Source: Lytechinus pictus (lineage: Eukaryota). Taken from it: a stretch of DNA of 64,000 nt. Below the pieces are notes generated by a model. That model was not told the origin of the DNA. It searched no databases and saw only the letters and a list, made by a program, of their open reading frames with translations. The stretch spans positions 25,980,001 to 26,044,000 of the forward strand of contig NC_087245.1 of the NCBI RefSeq assembly GCF_037042905.1, read 5' to 3'. Within the stretch, counting starts at the first letter, position 1. Each line of letters begins with the position of its first letter. This document shows, one piece after another, positions 1 through 16,100 of the stretch. The translations under genes were made by a program, and so were the position numbers.

Positions 1-411
1 CACACAAGTTCATTGTCCCTCAATTATAAAATGTTCATTCATATTACAATATACTTTGAATCCATAAGATGATATACAAGTAAATCTGGTTGTGAATGCA
101 GTTATATAAAAAAAAAAAAAAAAAACACAAGTATATGACATACGTAATTCTGTAAAATATCAAATTTAAGAATTAAAAGGCTTTTGAATAATGAATTATT
201 TCCTAGAGAATTCACTTCTCTTTTTGAAGAACAGGACTGCCACAAAATGATTTAGTTTCCTTTCTCTTTTTTCCCATTGTTTGAACATTCTTTTAAAGCA
301 AAGAATGACCACCCACATGTATATGAGCTTTAATATTTGGAAAGCTCACAATATTCTGATGAGGACAAACTTATGTTATTCCATCATTTTTTGCAATCCA
401 GGAAAACACCC

Positions 412-584
412 CTACCTTGTAGATGGACTGCTCCCATCACCAGCATTCTGTTGTTCAGTATCGGTACTAGAAGAGGGTTGATCCACTCTGGTAGAAGGGG
501 TGTCCAGCATCTCTGTTTGTTGCATAAGAAGAAGCTGGGACATCTCTAAAGCACGTAACAACCCTGCAGTCATGGTGGACGACC
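412..584 (-). CDS. ANKIB1: ANKIB1 coding exon 18 (UIM-like LLRALEMS; ends in a stop or a splice donor)
   Basis: Phase-1 acceptor at 585; [23 protein letters not shown]...SPSTR then AG/GTAGGG, in which a TAG stop overlaps a plausible donor. Confidence 0.72.
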
Positions 585-3500
585 CTTTGAGAACACAATG
601 ATACAATCAACATTCAAATTAATTTCTGAAACCATTACAATTAATAATTTACCCTGACTAAGCTAGAAAAAAATATGAGGAAAGTAAGGGTATAATTGCT
701 GTGTTTTTTTATACAATTATACCAAAGATCCTAATTAAAGTATTAGCTTTGATTGGGTGTGTGCAGCCACACGTGATTCAGTACTTGACTCTTATCATTT
801 TTTTTCTTCTGAATGCATACAGTCCTGTCCAATCACCCCCCCCCCCCCCCCCTCAATCTCTGGATAAGAGATCACAAAAGATTTGGGTGTGAAAACTGCC
901 ATGTCACCAACATCTTTTAGCAAGGCAGTGATATACATTTGCCACACTCTACCTGCCAGGAATTTATTCCTGGAAATGCTTAAGTGCCTAATTGACAAAT
1001 ACTACATTCAAGGAAGGGTAATAATTGTGGAGCGCCATGAGTGTCATATCTGACAGACACCAGTGTGATACAAGAACCAGCTATTATTCATGTACATACC
1101 TCCTTGAGTGTGTTCACTCCCAATCTTGCTTGTGCTGAAATCGGGTGTTGAATCCTCTCCATCTTGTTCCGATTTCTGAGACTGTGCCATAGCATCTTGG
1201 ATGGATTCTTCAATCGCACGTCTAAGAGCTTCATCATTCTTAATTTTAAGAAATAATAAGAGTAATAATAATAATAATAATAATGATAATAATAATAACA
1301 ATCATAATAATGATAATGATAATAACAATCATTATAATAATAATAATAATAATGATAATAATAATAGAATATTCAGAAGCGCTAAAAACTAACAGTAACA
1401 TAGTGTATAAAAGCAGAAATTATGAGATGGTGGGTATATTTTTTCATATTATTACAATATTCAGGTGCAAAATGATTAAGAATTTCGAAGATATATAAAA
1501 AAAAACTTTAAGCTGTTCAATGCATTAATGAAAGCCTACCTCATCGGCGGAGTCATCATCCCAGGTCTGATAGGACCATGATGAACTGGTTCTTCTCCTT
1601 CTTTGCGGTGAATCAGAGGATACATCCGGTGGAAGAAAGCCTTTACTGACAGCTGAAAGAAACTCATATCGTTTCCTCTTGGTAAGATGGGCTGCTTGGA
1701 TGATCTTGGTCCGCGGTGTCCTCAAGTAGTTCCTTGCAACCATTTGGGATAGATTCTCTGATGCTTCCTCTAATTCGTTCTGAGTAATTATGAGGTGAAC
1801 AAAATTTATACAATATTTAGATATTGGTTATACATGGATGTGTTACATGAATCTGTTTATAAAGACCACCTCATCATAAAGACTGCTGTTTATGTCTCCC
1901 CTAGGCAGTTTTTACAGAGTTGTTTGACTGAATCCCAGAAAATAGTCTATAAAGACCACCAACTCATTGTTTTTATCTCTTTTTCTTATCAGGTAAAAGT
2001 CATAGGAATTACATTTTCTTGTTTAATATTTCAGTTACACACAGTAAGAAGGGGAATATTATTACTATTATCATAGAAAAAAATGCTACTCTGACAGTGA
2101 AAAATTTTGTGAAATTACTTTTATCACAAGCTAAATTTTATTGATGAACCTTATCAAAATACTTGTGCATTCAACCACAAAATAAATTCATAATGCATCA
2201 AAGAGGTAATGTTAAATATAGCAAAGTTAATTAGCAGTGTAAGTACAGTGTCACTCATCTTCTGTAGTGTTTCAAACATAAATGCAATAATTTTCATTAT
2301 CTCATTTGGTACACTGAAAAAGGCAATTAACAAGTGAATATACAAAAAGCAAACAAATAAAGGATATTAACAGTACAAGTCTAGGTTGACTGGGAAAGGA
2401 AATAGTAAAACAAGTGACTATAGCTTACAGGCTCTCTTAGACTTGAAAGGCAACATACAAGGCAACACACATCTCAAAATGATCCTAAGGTACTTAAACA
2501 TCTGTAAATGAGAATCAAATTTGCCACACAATTTACTAAAAATATCTGAAGTGAAAATTTACTTGCATAAACTAGTGATAACTTACTTGCATAAATTCAA
2601 ATATTTGTTTGCTGCCCCCTCTGTCCTCTAAATAAAAGCCATAAGGGTAGGAGAACTTGAGTATATGCCTTGCTGCAAGGAGCTCATGGATTGCATCAAT
2701 TATAAACTGTGTTTCCTCTTTAGATGCTGTATAGGGGGAAAAGATAGTTAAATTGAACAAAATGCAAAGAAAGGCAAGTAATGACACAACATATCATTTT
2801 GACAGAAAACTGGCATTTGACAAAAAGGGTTGTTCTCTATGATGATAAAATATGTCACATGTACCTTTGTATGAAAATTTTCTAACATTATCTTGTAATT
2901 AATGGGCAAATCAATCTGTTATCACATGACTATCGTTTCCTCAAACAGACAGCGACATTACATAAAAAGTTTGGTTGCAATAACAAAGTTAAGGATCAAA
3001 TTTGGGTCAGTCATTTGTTAGTAGTATTTTTAAGGGTATATGAAAGCTCCTCAGCTGGATCAATTTCTTTCTTTTTTTTATCACGTGGAGATCAAAGATC
3101 AGTCTAACAGGTATCCACTGCTCATAATATGGACACTGTTCTACCGTGCTATTAGCCAATTTTGATTAACTCTTTATTGTTAATACCTAGTTTCCACTTT
3201 CACATTCCCATCACGATTGAAACCGTGATCTTAACTATGGAGTAATCGTAGTGATCTTATCATATCGTATCACGGTCATGGTGAGCGTATTGATCATAAA
3301 AAAAATTTACGATCATTTTTACGGTTCATTTGTTTTCACAATTAATCTTAAGTCTGAAAAGTCCATCGTGGATTTTGTAACGGATTGCTCAACAATTGAA
3401 ACGAGGCATTAAGATAATAGAAAAAAAAGGTAGAAAAGTTGAAGAAATTAGGGTCAGTTCGCACATTCTTTTTGAAGGGGGAGTCAAAATTGAATTAAAA

Positions 3501-4589
3501 AATTGAATTGCCAGGTTTACTAGGATCGGTTCCGTTATGGCAAACAAAGTTATTTTTGGGGAGGAGGGTTTAAGCCGAAGCTTGTAGAATCTAATTAATC
3601 ACATCAGATTTCTCTATTTCAACATACCTTTAGCATCCGAGTGGCAGGCCAGTTTCCTCATTTTCCCTGGGGCTTTTCTAAGTAGAGGTTCTTCTAGATG
3701 GTAGCTGTTCTCATGGTTACGGAATCGTGTATAGTAATGAAGGAAACGATTCAACTCTTGCATCTCCTTGTTACGTTTGTCAGCCTAAGCATGAACACAA
3801 AAATGAAACATGAAAACATAACTTGCCCTGTTAGACTTTATTTATAATATCTTGAGAAAAATAAGTTGTGAAAAAAGCACATTTCACCCAGAGTCATGTG
3901 TTTTAATTCAATTTAAATTCTGATGCAAAATATTTAAATTTATCAAATAAGACATATTTTCCATTTCTATTCTCACACCACAAATATTTTAGGGCATATG
4001 CAGTAATATAATCTAGTAATGAAATGGAAGAGTGACATTCAATTTGCGGGGTGGGGACCTTACCAAAAACTAATAAGTAAAATGAAGAAAATTTTTGAAA
4101 ATGATTGACTAACCTCTGACATGAGACCCTCGGCCTTTTCTTCCACCTTTTGAACGACTTCATAACGGTTGCATCGGAAATAACCACCCGTCTCAGAGCT
4201 GTGCTTACTCCATACTTCAAGGCACACCCAACAAAAATCATGTTTACACTGCAGTTAAAACAAAGATAGAAAAATACTCAAACAGAATATGCAGACCTGC
4301 CAACCTCTGGGAATGAAAAACTGTATTCTGTGATTAAAAAAACTGTATTTTTCCCAAAAAAAGTGTATTTCATAATAAAATGCTTGGCATGCAAGCTAAA
4401 ATGCGCACTGCTCTTGTAGATGAAAAAAAAAACATTAAAACATGTGTATATCTTCACCCTGGATTGAACAAAATGATTGAAAAAAAAAACAAGTTACCTA
4501 AAATTACATTGATCTAATAACCATATTTGTGCACGTTTTATGAAATAGAGACATAAAGAGATTATTTTTCTCAATAAATTACGATTTAG

Positions 4590-4644
<55 letters not shown>

Positions 4645-7112
4645 TTTTTTACAAAAAACGTATTTTTCAAAGAAAAAACGTACTAAATACGGCTAAAACG
4701 TACTGGTTGGCAGGTCTGAATATGGTCATGAAATAGAAATAGAGGGATATCTACTGCACACATAACTTGTTCGATTCATTCATTACTTCCATTTTGAAAT
4801 ACACACACATACAGATTTGAACAATTGAAGTATCAGGTGGATTATAACAATGCAAATATGAAACACTACATAAATAAATGTACATTGACATAGATCATCA
4901 CAAATTACAAAAAATAGGAGGAATCATTAAAACAACAATGGAAGGGGTGTACCTGTAATAGCTAATGATACTTGAAGACCTTATAGTAGCAAGAGGAACA
5001 CTGGATTAAAAATATTCAAAATCTTTCCTTTCTGTCATTAATTTGAATTCTAAGACAACACACAGACAACCTCAAATTAAATCTTGTTAGTTCCATTAAA
5101 TCTATTTTTTACAAGGGAATCCACACTAAACTGTTCTACTTTCTGTGGTTTGTCATTTAATTTAGTTTACATATTTGGATCTTGTAATTAAAAATGAGCA
5201 ATCAGAGGAATATCTAAGCATGGAAAACATACTATATACAATATAAAAAATGCACTATTTTTTATACTCAATTTCAAACATCTACATTTTAAAAATGGTT
5301 GCTGTGCAACCATATCAGAGGAGCTATTTTTCTTTTTACATTCAACTATTTCAATGACTGCATCTGCATTCACTACCACACATTAATTCAATGCAAGTTC
5401 ATCGCAATACAACATATTCAAAAAGTTTTAAGGACTGTATTTCCTCCAAATACCAATAAACGAATCATCAAACATTCATTACTATGGTAACAGATAATAT
5501 TACCTTAGTACATTTCATGTGATTGCATCCCTCATTTTTCTGGATAGGAGAATGGCACTTAGGGCAGGCTTTTGAGTTGGTTATAAGCCAAAGGCAGTTT
5601 GCAGCAGACTCAGTCTCTTCTTCTGTTTTGTTCACTGTGTAAAAAAAAGTAAAGTGTTTATGTTAAAGACGCTTATCGTGGCTCGGCTGGTAAAAACCTT
5701 GTTTCTCAAAATTCAAAAATTTTGAGGGCAGCTAAGAAAAGGCTGTATTTAGAAAATACAAATGGTGGTAGTCTCATATTGTCTGAAAACAGTCTCCTGA
5801 TACCTTTGAAGACCTATTTCGAGGCAAAAGTAGATTGCTACCCATGTCATAACTCTGAGATGTAGCTTATTCTGAGCTGTCATCAAAATATTTAAATTTT
5901 GAGATACATGGTTTTATCAGCCAAGCAGAGTTATACCAATAAACCTTCAATGCCACAGAAATCCACAGAATAACAAATTGAACTTTCTTCTACATGTATA
6001 CAATATGTGTATTCATAGTTTTCTGATTATTTTAAATAGAATACATTAGTCATGTTAAATCTGTTGATGATGGATGTTGACATCAGAGTTCCGTGAAGAT
6101 CAGTACTTGGTCTGCTTCATTCATAATTTCATTGATATTATCTACTGACGATACTGTGGGATAGCACAGCTCTTTTGACTGATGAATTAATCCAACTGAA
6201 TACTTGGTTTAAATGTAACAAGTGGAATGCCTCTGGCCGTCTCACCTGCATCACGCGATTCAATATAGCAGCAGTGCTGATTTTGAAAACTACTATAACT
6301 CGCACAAGATGTTCAGTGATACTTGGTTACTCTTATTTCCACGTTTTATGAACTAGACCAATACACTTATAGAGATATGATGGCAATTCAACAAATACCC
6401 CCAACGTGGCCAAAGTTCTTTGACCTTACATGACCTTTGACCTTGATCATTTGACCTGAAACTCGCACAGGATGTTCAGTGATACTTGATTACTATTATG
6501 TCCAAGTTTTATGAACTAGACCAACACACTTTCAAATTTATGGCTGTAATTCAACAAATACCCCAATTTGGCCAAAGTTCATTGACCCTAAATGACCTTT
6601 GACCTTGATCATGTGACCTGAAACTTGCACAGGATGTTTAGTAATACTTGATTACTATAATGTCCAAGTTTCATGAATCAGATCCATAAACTTTCAAAGT
6701 TATGATGGTAATTCAACAGATACCCCCAATTCGGCCAAAGTTCATTGACCCTAAATGACCTTTGACCTTGGTCATGTGATGTGAAACTCATGCAGGATGT
6801 TCAGTGATACTTGATTAACCTTATGTATAAGTTTCATGAACTAGGTCCATATATTTTCTAAGTTATGATGACATTTCAAAAACTTAACCTTAGGTTAAGA
6901 TTTTGATGTTGATTCCCCCAACATGGTCTAAGTTCATTGACCCTAAATGACCTTTGACCTTGGTCATGTGACATGAAACTCAGGCAGGATGTTCAGTAAT
7001 ACTTGATTAACCTTATGGCCAAGTTTCATGAACTAGGTCCATATACTTTCTAAGTTATGCTGTCATTTCAAAAACTTAACCTCAGGTTAAGATTTGGTGT
7101 TGACGCCGCCGC

Positions 7113-7143
<31 letters not shown>

Positions 7144-10100
7144 GGAAAAGCGGCGCCTATAGTCTCACTCTGCTATGCAGGTGAGACAAAAAGCAATTTT
7201 CCAATCATAAAACAAAACGTAAATTTTCACGCACTGAATCTGTAAAGCAAAATGCAGATGTTTTCATAGAACGAAAAGAAAGTAATATATTCATAGTTAA
7301 AGCCACTCAAGGTATGTTTTCTTTAAGCAACAATATGAGTTCATATTTTGAGCACAGTCACAGAAGGGAACATAATAAATCTGTGTATGAATATAATGGA
7401 TACCACTTCCTGTTATCATGGATATTAATCTTACATTTTTCTGGTTGTATTTCTGCTATTTTCTCACTCCATCTTTTCCAGTTCTCACAGCTACAAGGAT
7501 CGTGAGGTTCTCCTGAGCAATCCCTGAAGAAAAAAAATTGAATTGGTTAGTACATGAGGGTGTAAATGGAAATTAGTAAATTCAGTTATAAGAGATGTAT
7601 CAAAGCTTGTCCTGTTTCTTGTCTTTTACAGGAAGAAACGGTGAACTATTAAACTTTTGGTAATTTTCAGACCATCACTTCTCTGACTAGGTACATCATT
7701 AACTACCAGAACCTACGAGACTAAAGCCAAATAATGAATGATGTTTACAGTGTATGAGAATACTTAAATGAGTAAACAATATAATGGAACTATTGCACAA
7801 TACTTCTATAAAATGTCACGCACCTTTGGAGAGAACTGAATTAACAGGTAAATTTGTGGGTTCAATAAAGATTTGGGTCACTATTTAATGTATGTCAATG
7901 TGGTATCATATTACATTCATACCGTCCAACATGTAGTCTTTTCCTGAGTTTAGGATAATAAAGGTGGATTTTAGAGTTTGAAAAAATAAAGTATTATAGT
8001 AATGATAATAATAATCATAATAATTAGCAATTTTATATGGACTGGTTATTCCCACAGGGTCTCTATTTGTGTGTAGTAAGAACATATTTTCAAAAAATAG
8101 GTAAGAGACTAGTTACAGTTATAAGTTTAATACCATGTGTTTTTAAGATTCTGGGTCGAATAGAGAAATCTGGAACTTTTATTTCTATTGGAGCCAAGAT
8201 GGGGGTCTTTTTTTCACATGGATTATAAATATCTCAGTGGAATCTGTCAATATGATAATATTCCAGTAGGTTATTCCAAAGATGGGGGGGGGGCTGCATG
8301 AAAAAAGATGTGTATCAGTAAGAGAAACCATTAAAAGATACTTAATATTAAATCTCTAGGCCCGTATTCTGAAGACGGGTTTAACTTAGACCATGGTCTT
8401 ACTCTGTGCTAAAATTATAGAAAGCCAAGAGTGTCAACATTTTGATTACACTGCATGTTTCTCATTTTTACTGTGCTCTTTCCTGATTCTTCAATGGTGA
8501 AGACAATTATCTTATTCATACTTCCTAGAATACTTAAACCCTAAATTTAAACCCAACTTCAGAATGCAGGCCATAATGTGTTAATAGCTTTTGATAAATG
8601 TTGGAGATAGATAAAAGACATCGTAACTAAATTTGAAACTATTTGAAAACTGACCAGCAGAAGAGATGACCACGCCCACAATCAACTGCCTTGGACATGG
8701 GAGGTGGAGCGGACGGACTGGATACATCCCTTGGAGATGCAGGTTCAGTGTTCAATGGTAGCTTGACCGCTTGACCACAACCGACCTTGGGACACCACTT
8801 TAAACTTGGATTGGTGTCTACAAAGGCCTGTAATAAAAAAAAATGATGAGATTGGATACGTTCAAGTAATGTATGGATCAGCAGCCTCAAGTCCTCAACT
8901 ACTCATACCTGGCCAGATCAATTAACCCATAATGCAACATTCTGAGCAGTGTAGTCTTGTGATACAGCCTCACTTGAATAATAACACACCAATTCACCAA
9001 TCAGTAAACTCATACCACAATATTTATGTCACTAAGTAGCTACATGTGTAAACAAGTATTCATCTGCTCAAAACATTTAGTTTTTTTATGCAAATAACAT
9101 TAGAAGCTAATTTATTCTCTGTATTATCAATGGTAATCTTGAAATGTATAATTTAAGACAAGCTATTTGTAACACACAGTCAATGAGAGACCACATACAA
9201 TATTGGTCAGTTCGCTCTCCCTTAAAATAATAGTGTAATCACTAAAAAAAAATCCCTTTCATAATAATAATAATAATAATTGTGATATCTTATTGAGCGC
9301 GCACACCGTCCAGAGACGCTCATGGCGCTAGCGCAGAAACAGTTCCTTTAGATACAAATATTTTATACACGTACATAACAAACAGCTACTAAACATATAA
9401 ATATAAATCTTAAATCACTACAAGTATCATCCTGCATCACCATCTCTGAAATTCCCAGCTACATCCTGGTGGGGCCTGGTGCCCTTGTGCTTGCTGCCCC
9501 GTTCACCGACAATTTAAGGGGCAAGCCCGGTCAGCTCAGTACTCACAGGAGCTCTAGCAAATAAGGGCACCAGCCCCCATAGGAAGCCAGTCAGACCAGC
9601 GTGTGATACATCTACATCATCAAGAAATTTAATTTTGAAACAAAATTTGAGCTCTTATTACATTGTACTTTAATTGACATAAAATTGATAATTGTGCTTT
9701 TTAATTCATATAATTCTGTCTCACTGGAAACTTAATTATGATTTATTAATTGTTTGCATGTTGATATGATTGTAGGAAATAGCTAAACAGACTAAAATGT
9801 ATCTATATAGTCAATCTGTGGTTTTCAATACATCAGGTAGCTTTTATAAAATGTGGGTCACTAAAAGCAGTAGACCGTTTCACAAAGCTTTTTGTGACAA
9901 TGAATTTGCAAGAACAGTTAAAAGCTACTGAAATCCTTCAATCCGATTGGCTGATAGTAAACTTGTTATACAAATTGTGCATTTTTTAGTGCAACAAGTC
10001 TTCATGAAACGGGACCCAGGTTAGAATGTGATCAGACAAAAATACCTTGATATCAAACTGTAAGAATCTTCTTGCTATTTCTCTGGACACAATAGCCTCA

Positions 10101-13100
10101 ATGATCTCAACTGGAACAAGTTTACAGCACTCAAAGGCAGGACACATGATGTTATGAGCATTTCCCTCCGCTATCTTTCCTGAAAGATATCTGTAAAAGG
10201 AACAAGTGGTAATGTACAGAGTTACTTGCCTTTGAAAAATCTGTATTTTAGAAATTAGGGGCATCAAAAAAAAATGTTGCTTCCTTTTGTCATGGGATAG
10301 CATTCATGTTTACCGTTGTATTGTTCATATTAAGATATAACAATTTTGTTCATTGCATGATGTTTAAAAACTGAACTATTAGCCTGTCTACTCGTACTGT
10401 TTTATGGTAAGCTACATGTGAACGATTAGTCTGTTTATTTGTAAGTTACATTGCTATTGCACATGCCTTTCTCTTGTCTCCAAATTTTAAATGTAATATG
10501 TTTGAGAGGGTCATGCAAGCATGCCAAATTTCAGACTTCTGCCTGCCATACGAATGCATTGCGAAATAAATTCCATTACTGAATTGAATCAAATGTCATA
10601 AAATAATGTTCAAAAGCTGAATGATTGTGTTGAGTACTAACCTTTCCCAGCACATTTTACAGAAGTGATGATGACAAGGCATCTCTACCGGTGATTCTTC
10701 CCCTGATATCACTTCTGTACATATATCACACTGAAAGATGAAAAAAACATGAACATAAAATGAGATGGCTTCTCAATTCTATCCTTATCAGATTCGTGGG
10801 TGTTTCGTCAGGTGACACAACATATGCTCCTGCGACATTTGCTGTGGTCTTAATATCTCAGAGGACATAAGGTTAGAGTTAGGATTGTGTATAGGGCGTA
10901 TGAAATAATAATAAAATAAAACAAAACCAGAATGAAATGAATATATAAATAAATTCAATAAATAAATGATTAAACAAAATCACCCAATCAATAACCTGAC
11001 AACTACATGTAGGAAAACTTTATTTCATTTGATTGCAGTTTTATGCTAAATTCTGAACATCTACATGTATTATTAGGTTTTCATAGTCTGAGATAAACCA
11101 CATATTTTGGCTACTGAGCATTATAAAACTTTATATCAGGTTATTAGGAAAAGGATTACGGCAAGAGGAAAATACAAACCCACATTTCCATTAAAATAAT
11201 TTTTTATAATCTTTGTTCGTTTAAAAATACATTGATAGAAACTGATGCCATTCCTGCTTTTCTTTCATTCTTATTTTTTACAGTTTAATGAAATCATTGT
11301 ATGTTAAGTATTTTATGTTGGGGAGCCTTGTAAAATAAATTACAAATCAAAAATTGAATTGAAGTGAAGCCGAAGTTTACCTCAGTTTCGTCCTCTGCCA
11401 CATGCCGAGTTTCAGGTTCATTATCAATAGTTGTTAAGGTATGGTCTTGTATTGCATGTTCTACTTCATCTGGGGACTTCACACCAGATTTCTCACAGCA
11501 TTCCTTGGGATTTGAGATCCATTCTTCTAATAAAACTTCTCTTGACCATTCTAAAGTGGGGGAAAACACAATTTTATGCTCATCAAATGAAAATTCAATC
11601 TACACATATCAAAAACAAATGAATTACCCATAACACAATCTTTAATTCTAATTACATTGCACCGATTCAATTTTGGAGTTAGTGTGGCTTTTCACTATTC
11701 CACCTAATTTTGAGTGCCTCATTCTGCCTTTTGAGGGAAAAAGGAAGAGAAAATGTTTATTCTACATATCAAATAAAACAATTAATATTGGTATTACAAA
11801 TCATGAAAAATCCAAGGAATTATCACCCACGTTATGTTGCATACAGCTGATGGTACATTACTCATAACTTTACAATAACTTCCGACTAATGTACCTATAC
11901 CGGGCGGCGCCAGGTGGGCCAGCCCAGTGCTCTGAATTTGGGCCCGGCACTCATGGTAAAACAACACTTCATCGCTCAGCACAAATTCCCCTACAATAAC
12001 ATTACTTGAGTAATGTGAATAAATTATCTCAATCTGGTTCTTTCATTAATTACAATATTTACCCATCAGTCATTTTATTAAATATAAAATGCTTTCATTA
12101 CTATCAACATAGCACCCCAAAAAACAGTAGAGAATGACAAACAAAATTTTACCATAGTTTCTGAGAAGAGCTTCAGCAGTGAAAAGTGGAACACGAAGCA
12201 TATCTGCGGTTTCAACAACGAGGGCATCCTTTGCTTCTTGTAACTCCTGTGGTTTCAGCCCAACATAGCTCTGAAGGAAAATGTTATAAAATAAAGCTTT
12301 ATTACTTCATCAAAAATATAAAACAATGCCCCAGAAATCCCAAGTTTACATTAGGATCACAATGCAGGAACTTATGCATAATAAATTACACAATATGCTT
12401 CCTGAAATCAATTTGCAGCATCACAATATTTTACTTTTTGTTTATAAGGATTAAATCTTTTCTTTCCTGTTTTGATCATGCAGTTAATCCACTAATAAGT
12501 ATTTGTAAGAATTAAAACCGTGCATGACTTGTCAGCGCCAATTATTCTTATTTGCGACCTGTCTAAGGATTGGAAGTTTCCACATACATACACATGTAGA
12601 CTCCTGTATATGAATTGACTATGTTAAATCATTATTATCCCTTATAATGAAGTAGATGTAGAAAATGTAAAGTGTAGTAAAAATAAAAGGGTACTCCAAA
12701 CTAAAGATGAAAATATCTAAATAAATTCTTAATAAATAGAGTACAAAAAATTGTAATGTTGGTGAGTTCAGAAAATAAGCCATATGTTTCTTAAAGGAGA
12801 ATGAAACCCTTGAAACCAGCTGAATCCATATCATAGAGAAAAATCAAAGAAACATATTGTTGAAAGTTTGAGGAAGATTGAATGAATAATAAGAAAGTTA
12901 TGAGCATTTGAATATTGAGATCACTAATGCCATGTAGATCCTCCCATTGGCAATGCGACCAAGATCTGTGATGTCACGCACGTACAACCTCCTCATTACT
13001 TTAGTACTTATTTCACTTATATTCTCACTTTTATAGAGTCTATCACAAGGTGAGGTGTTCTCTTTATGAGAGGACAAGTACAGAGGTTTCACAACATTAT

Positions 13101-16100
13101 ATCATTGATGAACCGTTTGTCATATGATTAGAATGAGCAAAAGGAGATGTTTTGGGGTATATTTTCAGTGTCCAAAAGGGGAGAGTTGTTCATCTGTGAC
13201 ATCATAGATCTTGGTCGCATTGCCAATGGGAGGATCTCCATAGCATTAGTGATCTCAACATTCAAATGCTCATAACTCTTCTATTGCTAGTCCTATTTTA
13301 CTCAAACTTTTGTTGATCTTATTCTTTGATTTTTCTGCTTTCACAAAAGCTAACTTGCTCCAAGAGTTTCATTCTCCTTTAAACCGAACACATCTATGCT
13401 GGGATATGAAATACATGTAGGTATGCTAATGTCATGTCCTCATTTTCCATTTTCTTTTTTTTATTACATTATATCATAAGTATTTTCAAACATTGTCACT
13501 TGCAACAATAACTATTTTACATAATAAAATTGTAGTCAATCCCATTTTTACATTCTTGGAGGGCGAAAATTTCAATAAATGTACTTTCATATAATAGAAT
13601 ACAATAGCATAGTTGGGGTAGGGCATCATCAGCTAACTCACTACCTATTTTGTTGCACCAAAAAAGAAAAGGGTATAAAATGTCATAACTTTGCTATTCC
13701 TTGTCTGATTTTGATGAAGTTTTCAGGGTTTTGTTTATATGATATTACTATATCTGTTTAAAGTGTATAATTTCTGAGAGTACCCCTTTAACTAATACAT
13801 GTGTATTCAAGAGTGCTTGATTAGGAAACATTTAGCATAAAGAGTATAGTTTCTGCAAATTATTTACTTACCTCTTCATATGATATTGCACTTAATTCCT
13901 CCACGACTTCATCTTCACTCATTTGCTGAGGGTAATAGAAAGAACAAGAATAATAAATTGTACTGGCTGTAGATAATAAGAGCCTGGCTAAAGTTTTGTG
14001 CACATAAATTCAGTACTGTAAATTAACATTAATTCAAAAGCCTTTGATTCCTCGTGAAAATCTAAATTTCAACTATTGGTATCTAGTTACCTATCTCATA
14101 TCAGTAATGTTTATATTTTTCTTTTTTTTCAAAAATGCCATTTAAACTACAGAACAGTTTTTTTTTAAGATTGAGTATAACACTTTTCACAGACTTCATT
14201 TATCACATTTGAAGTAAAAGAACTTCTTTGTTTTATGCATCGCTTATGCTGCATTGCCCATTCATTGTATACCTTGACTTGGTCTTGGGCATGGGGTTCA
14301 AGCCTTAGCCTAAGCCTTATACTTGGCCCCAAGGTTTCATTCCTTGACTACACTACCATCTTTATCATTATTATTATGAATATACATCAAATCATTCAAT
14401 GATTCAAAACTGCATGAGTTCATAAAATAAGTATAATGTAACTGTAAGAGAGAATATGAAGAGGAAAAGACATGGTAGAGTTACACAAAGATCCATAAAA
14501 CTGTACAAACAGAGAAAAACTTACCGAAAAGACCATTTTAGACTCAAGAAGCTGAGCAATGTCGTAATATCGATTCTTTTCAGCACAGTCACAAGGAGTC
14601 TCTTTGTCGCCATTCTCTACAAACAAACACGCACCATTCTCCAATAACGTCTGAAAAATATAACAAATAATTTGTGTATAAAACATGTATGGTTAAATGC
14701 TAATGAAAAAGACGAGTCAAGACAAATGTAAAGACTGGTATTCTGTGTTTTTCATATTTCTCTATATTTTTCACCATAATCCCACTTTAGGCAAAAATAT
14801 AAAAATACAGAGCTTTTGGTACTGAATATTATGGGCAACTTTTACCAGTATATACTTGTCAGATTAAACAAGTACAGATGTATATTTGAAATGAATGCAA
14901 AGTTTAAGGCATTTCTAAAGCTTATAAGCTATTAAATAATGTTTAGATGTTGGACAATCATTCAAAATTCCCATGACACAACAGATTAATGACTGATATA
15001 TATTTTTTTCATAAATTTTTATATGAAGTATTGGAAAGAGTCTATTGATCGGGATTAGCCACCTCTATTGGTAATGCTATCATTTTTCTCAATATAGGTA
15101 CTTCAAACAACTATGAATACAATTATTGCATAACAGAAAGCTTTATGCAAAGTGTATCCTCATTTCTTTGTGCAATTCCATGCTTAAAATGTAGTTTTAT
15201 ACTGACAAGGAAAACAAATTGGAACCAGACTTTTTCTATTTTTACATGTTCATTATAAAGTACCCATGCAGATGGAAAACAAATTGAATAGATCATATCT
15301 CTCACACCATGTGTTATGATATACACTTACATCTCATATAATGAATTCTAAAATTGAAAATGAGTAATTTCTTTATTTACCAAACCTTAATACAGATGAT
15401 AAACTGGAATAAATTCTGACATCTAATTCAAATTATTGAACACAACACTGATGACACCTTTTAAATTTTCCTATAACCAAAATTAGTCAAGACCTGGTAT
15501 CAAGAGATTACTTTGAAATATGGAACAGTGATCTTACTTTTTTTAATTAAAAATTTTATTTTTACAAAATCCATTATTAGTACAACATATAATACAATGT
15601 ACGTGTAACAAATAAAACGCTGATGAGAGGCATATCTTTTAGTTTCTGATTAATGACCTTTTATTTCAAATCATCTCCCGAAACTGATTTCTGACGAACT
15701 CAATAAAGTATTCCCAAGTCCAAGAATACAACTAAAGATACATGTAATTAAAACTCAGTTTCTCAGGATGATCTGAAATAAAACATTGAAAATCAGAAAC
15801 TCTCAATCATGAACCTGTAAACTGAGTTTCAATGATTACTTTGTAATTATAGGTTTTATTACCTCTACTAATGATCTGTAGCCAGCGGCTGCTGCATAGT
15901 GTAAGGCCGTACATCCTTCCTAAGAGATCAAAACAGAAACAAACAGCATTTGAATTCAGTAAAGTCTGCTTGCATTGGGATTCCATATAATAAATACCAG
16001 AAAGTGAAGATGAGGCATTTTCTAGTGCAGTTTTCAAGGGGTTCACGAACATCTTGTGAAGGAGGGGAATGTCAAATTCCAACATTTGCATCTTAAGTGG

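Noticed and set aside
795..998. Extra ANKIB1 exon between exons 17 and 18
   Set aside because: Exons 17 and 18 already join in phase, and the sequence looks like a decayed retroposon tail.
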